From a virus (lineage: Duplodnaviria; Caudoviricetes): a stretch of 64,000 nt of DNA. Shown here piece after piece: positions 58,788 through 64,000 of this stretch; the first letter of the stretch is position 1, and each line of letters opens with the position of its first letter. The DNA lies in the IMG/VR virus record IMGVR_UViG_3300047323_000320, positions 484 through 64,483 of that record; one strand, 5' to 3'. A program made the position numbers and the translations under genes. Below the pieces are notes generated by a model. That model did no database searches. It was not told the DNA's origin and saw only the letters and a list, made by a program, of their open reading frames with translations.

Positions 58788-61292
58788 ATGCAGCAGAACG
58801 AAACACCCGTGGCGCGGCGGCCGACCGCGCTGAAGTTCCGCGCCGATACGGTCCCCCTGTATCTGCGGGGACTGCGGCGCTGGTGCGTCTGGAAGTACAC
58901 CCAGGTCGCCAGTGGCAAGTGGACCAAGACACCGATCAACGCCCGTACTGGCGGCGGTGCGATGTCCAACAATCCTTCCACCTGGTCGACATTCGAAGAA
59001 GCGCAGGCCGCGCTGCTGGATAACCGCGAGCTGGCGGGGCTTGGGTTCTTTCTCGGTGACGGCATTATCGGCGTGGATGTCGACAAGTGCCTGGATGAGT
59101 GCCTGGACTGGAATGCGCTGGCCGCTCGCGTGCTGGCAGAAGTCCCTGGCTACGCAGAAATTTCGCCTTCGGGGCGGGGCGTCAAGATCATTACTCGGGG
59201 CACGATTCCCCAAAGCAAGGCAGACCATAAACAGGGGCTCGAAGTCTATGACGGCACGCGCTTCTTTGCGGTAACGGGTCATGCCGTGCCGGGTCGGGAC
59301 AATGCCATCCCTGAGTCGCCCATCAACCTTGCACCGTTCTTTGTCGCGCACTTCGGTTCCTATACCCCTGGGAGCGGGGTCGATGACGAAGATATGTCGG
59401 CGCTTGCGAATGCCAAGGGGCCGCTCGCAGGATGGTCGCTTGAACGTGTGCGCGACGAGCTGCTGCCGCATCTGTCGAGCGATAACCACTACTCGGAGTG
59501 GATCGAGATTGGCGCGGCCCTGCACCATCAGGGGGAAGCCGACGACGAGTGGCTGGAGCTGTGGGACGCGTGGAGCGCGGAGGCCGGCGAGCGCTATACG
59601 CCGGGGCTCTGTGCCGATAAGTGGGAAACCTTCGGCGGCGACGCGAGTGGGCGCAAGCTCATTACGCTCGCCACCATCATCATGCGCGTCAAGAAGGCCC
59701 GCAGCGCCGAGCGCTTTGGCCGCGTGGATATGTGGAAGCAGCAGATCAACGCGACGGCGGATCGTGAGGAATTGCTGGACGCTTTGCCCGCGAAGATCGC
59801 GCGCGACGTGCTGGTGGACGACCGGATCAGGGAAGAATTGGCGCAATGTCTCAAGCGGCGCCTCAAAGAGGTATTGCAGACGCCTTATTCGATAGTGAAG
59901 GTGCGGGGCTGGCTCACACCTGTGGTTGAAGTTTCTCAGGATTACCTTACGCCAGAGTGGCTGAAACCTTACGTGTATGTCACGGACGAAGATCGTTTTT
60001 TCGATACCGTGCGAAAGGTACGGTATACGCGGCAAAGTTTCAACGTCATGCATAACCGCGACATGCCCCGCAATGATAATGGCGACCCGGTAAAGCAGGC
60101 TGCGGACGGCGCGGCGGACCTGTATGGAATCCATACGGTGCGCAGTGCCATCTATCAGCCGGCAGCGGGCCTGTTCTTCGACATGGACGGCGTGAGCTGC
60201 GTGAACACCTACGACGACTCGCAGGTTCCTGCGATGCCGCCGGTGCTGCTCGATGACGAAGAGCGCGCCGTCGAAATTGTTAAACAGCACATCGCAAACA
60301 TCCTGCCCGATGCGCGCGAGCGCCAGCTTTTTACCAACTGGCTGGCCTATGTCGTGCAGAACCCTGGCCTGAAAATCCGCTGGGCGCCGTATCTGTGCGG
60401 CGTGCCAGGCGACGGTAAATCGTTCTTCGTGTCGCTGCTGGGCGCTGCCATGGGCACCGCGCATGTGAAGGCTATGAACGGCGACATGCTCGCCTCGGGC
60501 TCCAGTTTCAGCGACTGGTCGGTCAATCGCTGCGTGACCGTGATCGAGGAAGCCAAGCTGCACGGTCAGAACAGGTTCGACGCGGCCAACCGGATCAAGC
60601 CATTTATCACCAACCCGGTGATCGACGTCCATCCGAAAGGGCGCGCGAGCTACAACGCGCCCAACACGGTGCAGTACATGGTGCTGTCGAACTACCTGGA
60701 CGGCATGCCGGTGACGGACGACGACCGGCGTTTCATGTTCCTGCAAACGGGGTTCAGCCTTGAATCGCTGCGCCGCTTCAAGCAGGCCAATCCGAATTTC
60801 TACACACGCCTGTTTGACGCCGTGGCGGACTATCCCGGCGCAATGCGCTACTGGCTCATGCACTTCCAGGACTGGCACCCCGACTTCACGCCGGATGGTA
60901 ACGCACCGCTCACAGAGACGCGGGAACTGGTGATCGACATGGGTGAGAGTGACGCAGATTCGGCGGTGCGTACGGTGTTCGCCGACAAACCCGGCGGGGT
61001 CACGGGTTCGTATGTGGCAGCGGGTTCGTTTGCGTCGGCGGTCTACGAGCAGCTGGGTCCGGCGAGCGGGTACAGACGCGCGCAGATCGGCCGCCTGGTC
61101 ACGGACTTCCTGCGGGCGCAGGGCTATCGCATCGCGGGCAAGGAGCGGCCGCGCCTCGGACCCAGGCGCGAGCAGTCCGCCATCTGGCGGCACGAATCCC
61201 ATACGCCGGACTCACTCGGCTGGCTTGAGGAAGCCAAGCAAGTGATCGAGAAATCCTTTGCAGACGCGGCCGCGCGCGACTTTCTGGACTGA
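58788..61292 (+). CDS. Primase-helicase (AEP-like N-terminus, PriCT-2, SF3/DUF5906 helicase)
   Basis: GVDVDKC, EISPSG.G, W..IGAALH, Walker A GVPGDGKS and IEE. Confidence 0.88.
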   Translation: MQQNETPVARRPTALKFRADTVPLYLRGLRRWCVWKYTQVASGKWTKTPINARTGGGAMSNNPSTWSTFEEAQAALLDNRELAGLGFFLGDGIIGVDVDKCLDECLDWNALAARVLAEVPGYAEISPSGRGVKIITRGTIPQSKADHKQGLEVYDGTRFFAVTGHAVPGRDNAIPESPINLAPFFVAHFGSYTPGSGVDDEDMSALANAKGPLAGWSLERVRDELLPHLSSDNHYSEWIEIGAALHHQGEADDEWLELWDAWSAEAGERYTPGLCADKWETFGGDASGRKLITLATIIMRVKKARSAERFGRVDMWKQQINATADREELLDALPAKIARDVLVDDRIREELAQCLKRRLKEVLQTPYSIVKVRGWLTPVVEVSQDYLTPEWLKPYVYVTDEDRFFDTVRKVRYTRQSFNVMHNRDMPRNDNGDPVKQAADGAADLYGIHTVRSAIYQPAAGLFFDMDGVSCVNTYDDSQVPAMPPVLLDDEERAVEIVKQHIANILPDARERQLFTNWLAYVVQNPGLKIRWAPYLCGVPGDGKSFFVSLLGAAMGTAHVKAMNGDMLASGSSFSDWSVNRCVTVIEEAKLHGQNRFDAANRIKPFITNPVIDVHPKGRASYNAPNTVQYMVLSNYLDGMPVTDDDRRFMFLQTGFSLESLRRFKQANPNFYTRLFDAVADYPGAMRYWLMHFQDWHPDFTPDGNAPLTETRELVIDMGESDADSAVRTVFADKPGGVTGSYVAAGSFASAVYEQLGPASGYRRAQIGRLVTDFLRAQGYRIAGKERPRLGPRREQSAIWRHESHTPDSLGWLEEAKQVIEKSFADAAARDFLD

Positions 61293-61297
61293 CGGGC

Positions 61298-61545
61298 TGA
61301 GCCAGTGGCGGTCGCCCCGCCAGGAAAACCCCCACTGGCTCACAACTCTCTCAAAGCACTATCTCACCCTGCAAACCCTTACTGCTATTGCCTTTTACCC
61401 CTTTCTTTTATTTGAGTGAGTGAGTGAGTAAGTGAATAGAAGAGAGAAGAGAAATAAAAAGTAAATAGTAGAAAACAGGCAATAAAAAACAATTTCCCTA
61501 TAGGGGCAGCGGTTTTCCCCGGAAATCATCACAGTCACTCATCAG
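61298..61545. promoter_or_regulatory. Candidate lytic origin
   Basis: 11-bp inverted repeat, (TGAG)4 run and a purine-skewed AT-rich tract right after the primase gene. Confidence 0.45.
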
Positions 61546-61552
61546 CGAAATC

Positions 61553-61879
61553 ATGAAAGAAAACGCCGTCGAGACCTACCTGGTAGAGCAGCTGGAAAAG
61601 ATCGGCTGCGACTGCCCGAAGTTTGTGAGCCCGTCGCGGTCGGGCGTGGTCGACCGGCTGTGCATTCCACCGCTGGGACTGCGAACGGACTTCATCGAGT
61701 GCAAGGCACCGGGCAAGGAAATGGCGCCGCTGCAGGCGCATGAGCGCGAGCGGTTGCTACGGCGTGGCCAGCGCCACGAAGTGATCGACACGAAAGCGAA
61801 GGTCGATCGGTACGTGGCGGAAAAGCTGCGGGAAATCAGTCTGCGTGCCGACTACCTGGCACAAAAGGGGAGCGCATGA
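61553..61879 (+). CDS. VRR-NUC nuclease
   Basis: E..VE..L...G..DR....FIE.KAPG....LQ. Confidence 0.85.
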   Translation: MKENAVETYLVEQLEKIGCDCPKFVSPSRSGVVDRLCIPPLGLRTDFIECKAPGKEMAPLQAHERERLLRRGQRHEVIDTKAKVDRYVAEKLREISLRADYLAQKGSA

Positions 61880-63420
61880 GCCGCATCTGGACACCGCGCG
61901 CCTACCAGCAGCACATGCTGGAGTTCGGCATCGAGACCCCGTACTGCCAGTGGGCGGTAGACATGGGGCTGGGAAAGACCGCGACGGCCGCCACGCTGAT
62001 CCAGCGCACGCTGTACGACCTGTTCGACACGAACCGCTGGCTGATCGTCGGGCCGAAGCGCGTGGCGTTCAAGTCGTGGCCCGATGAGCTGGCGAACTGG
62101 CTTCATCTTCAGGGCCTGCCTTACAGGGTCCTGGGAGCGGAGGACTTTGGTCTGACGCCCACGTTCGACATGGCCGATGCGTTCGACCCGGCGACAGGTG
62201 AGATTAAACAGGAACTCAGAAAGCGTGGCCTCGCGTTCGGCTGGGATGAGAACGACCCGGCGGCTGCGCAGCGCATCGCCAAGCGTGAGGCGAAGAAACG
62301 GATCATGAGTTATCGCGAACACGTCCACATCGTGAGCTATGACTTCCTGCCGTGGCTGGCCAAGGCGCTAGGCGATACCGCGTACTACGGCGGCCTGTGC
62401 CTGGATGAGTCGAGCATGTTCAAGAATCAGGACACGGTGCGGTTTCGCGCGCTGCGGCACCTGCGCAAGAGCGCCGGCCGCGTGGTGGAGCTGACCGGCA
62501 CGCCGGCGCCGCGTGGACTGCTGGACCTGTGGGCGCAGTTCTTCATCCTGGACCAGGGCGAGCGCCTGGAGACTACCTACACGAACTACCGGCACCTGTA
62601 TTTCAGGCCGGACAAGCGCGGCCGCGACGGCACCATCTACAGCTGGAAGCTGGACCCCGATGGCCGCGAGCGCATCTACAAACGCATTGGCGACATCAGC
62701 ATGTCGCTGAAGAGCGAGGACTATCTGGAGTTGCCACCACTGATCGAGAACCCGATTCGCGTGGCGCTTCCTGCAGATGCACGAACACTGTACGACACGG
62801 TGGAGCGTGATCTGATTGCGGTGATGAACGGCAGCACCATCGTTGCGCCGAGCGCGGCGACGCTGTGCCAGAAGCTGCTGCAGATCAGCAACGGTGCGGT
62901 CTATGACGACGGCAAGAAAGCCGTGCATGTGCATGACGCCAAGCTGGACGCACTGGAAGAGCTGGTGGACGTGACACCGGGCAATCTGCTGGTTGCATAC
63001 GCTTTCCAGCACGACGCCGCGCGCATCCAGAAGCGCTTCGGCCGGCGCGCGAGGAAACTGGAAACGGACCAGGACATTGACGACTGGAACGCGGGCAAGA
63101 TCAGGATTGGATACGGGCATCCGGCGAGCTTTGGCCACGGGCTGAACCTGCAGCACGGCGGCAGCAATGCCGTGTGGTTCGGTCCTACCTACTCGCTGGA
63201 ACTCTGGCAGCAGTTCATCAAGCGGCTGCATCGCAGCGGGCAGACAGCGGAGCGCGTGATTGTGTCTGTGATCCTGGCTGAAAACACGCTGGATGAACAT
63301 GTGCGCTATGACGTGATCCAGGACCGCGACACCGAGCAGAGCGCGCTGCTGGCGGCCGTGCGTGCGCGCATTGTGAGCGTCGGCGCGGCGAACGATTCAG
63401 CGTACATCCTGGTAGCGTGA
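61876..63420 (+). CDS. SNF2-like helicase
   Basis: MGLGKT, LDESS, LTGTP, GHGLNLQ and RLHRSGQ. Confidence 0.9.
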   Translation: MSRIWTPRAYQQHMLEFGIETPYCQWAVDMGLGKTATAATLIQRTLYDLFDTNRWLIVGPKRVAFKSWPDELANWLHLQGLPYRVLGAEDFGLTPTFDMADAFDPATGEIKQELRKRGLAFGWDENDPAAAQRIAKREAKKRIMSYREHVHIVSYDFLPWLAKALGDTAYYGGLCLDESSMFKNQDTVRFRALRHLRKSAGRVVELTGTPAPRGLLDLWAQFFILDQGERLETTYTNYRHLYFRPDKRGRDGTIYSWKLDPDGRERIYKRIGDISMSLKSEDYLELPPLIENPIRVALPADARTLYDTVERDLIAVMNGSTIVAPSAATLCQKLLQISNGAVYDDGKKAVHVHDAKLDALEELVDVTPGNLLVAYAFQHDAARIQKRFGRRARKLETDQDIDDWNAGKIRIGYGHPASFGHGLNLQHGGSNAVWFGPTYSLELWQQFIKRLHRSGQTAERVIVSVILAENTLDEHVRYDVIQDRDTEQSALLAAVRARIVSVGAANDSAYILVA

Positions 63421-63427
63421 GGCACCT

Positions 63428-63997
63428 ATGAGCATTGAACGGTTGACCGATCTGGCCGCACCTATCGCGAGTCTTGAGCCGCGCGTCGATGGCACGCCGT
63501 TGCGCGGGCTGGGCTGGCTTGAGGTCGCGGCGGCCATGGCGAAACTGTCGGGCGAGGGCGCGGACCTGTTGCGCTGCCTGTACCTGGACGACCGGCACGC
63601 GCTGGCGCGCACACTCAAGCGGCTAGTGGTGAGACTTTCCGGGAGCGCGGGCCTGTCTGTCTCGATGCAGCACGCACTGGCAGCGGCTTCACTGCAGGCG
63701 TTCTTCGCCATGCGGCCGTGCCAGAAGTGCGGCGGCCACGGTTTCATTCATACCGCAGAGATACAGGAAATGGATGAGCATGGCGAATGGTCAACGGTGC
63801 CGGCTGTGAATGAGACATGCGCCGCGTGTGACGGGCAGGGCATGGATCATCTGGACGTGGGCGCCGTGTGTGCGCTGCTGGAAGTGGGGGAGCAAACCTG
63901 GGAAATGCTGGTGCGTGAGCCATTCCAGCGCACGTACAGGGAATTGAGGCAGCTACACGACCAGTCGGCCGCCATATTGTCGCGGCGCCTGCGTTAG
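63428..63997 (+). CDS. Antiterminator Q-like protein with a zinc finger
   Basis: C..CGG.G...C..C.G.G; last gene of the pR operon. Confidence 0.6.
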   Translation: MSIERLTDLAAPIASLEPRVDGTPLRGLGWLEVAAAMAKLSGEGADLLRCLYLDDRHALARTLKRLVVRLSGSAGLSVSMQHALAAASLQAFFAMRPCQKCGGHGFIHTAEIQEMDEHGEWSTVPAVNETCAACDGQGMDHLDVGAVCALLEVGEQTWEMLVREPFQRTYRELRQLHDQSAAILSRRLR

Positions 63998-64000
63998 GCG

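Noticed and set aside
58296-61202. 968-aa minus-strand ORF, and similar long antisense ORFs (3507..4556, 11244..12404, 21688..23325, 36767..37987)
   Set aside because: Shadow frames opposite well-supported genes in high-GC DNA; no recognisable motifs

Overview
The window looks like most or all of a ~64 kb, high-GC temperate podovirus genome. The host is probably Burkholderiales (inferred from a Bv3F-like H-NS and the tail-fibre chaperone). Left to right it has five parts. (1) A leftward early operon of small genes headed by DUF932 (1-4550). (2) A rightward late region (5764-38254): terminases, portal, scaffold, N4-gp56-like capsid, short-tail genes, lysis cassette, ejection proteins and a 2300-aa LPD38/metallopeptidase protein. 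(3) A long leftward early region (38258-57085): PolA, H-NS, a TrfA-family initiator with iterons, ParA plus an RHH partner, a C5-methyltransferase-like gene, SSB and a DUF2800 nuclease. (4) A cI/cro switch. (5) A rightward primase-helicase, VRR-NUC, SNF2 and Q-like gene. I found no integrase, protelomerase, reverse transcriptase, CRISPR array or tRNA. The best reading is a phage-plasmid: an iteron replicon, a type Ib partition pair and two inverted dif-like XerCD sites. Other notable signals are a highly structured RNA in the pL leader whose loop is complementary to several gene leaders, a mini-ORF that copies the capsid N-terminus, and a 39-bp repeat shared in frame by two unrelated genes. 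All family calls come from motifs recognised by eye; no searches were run.
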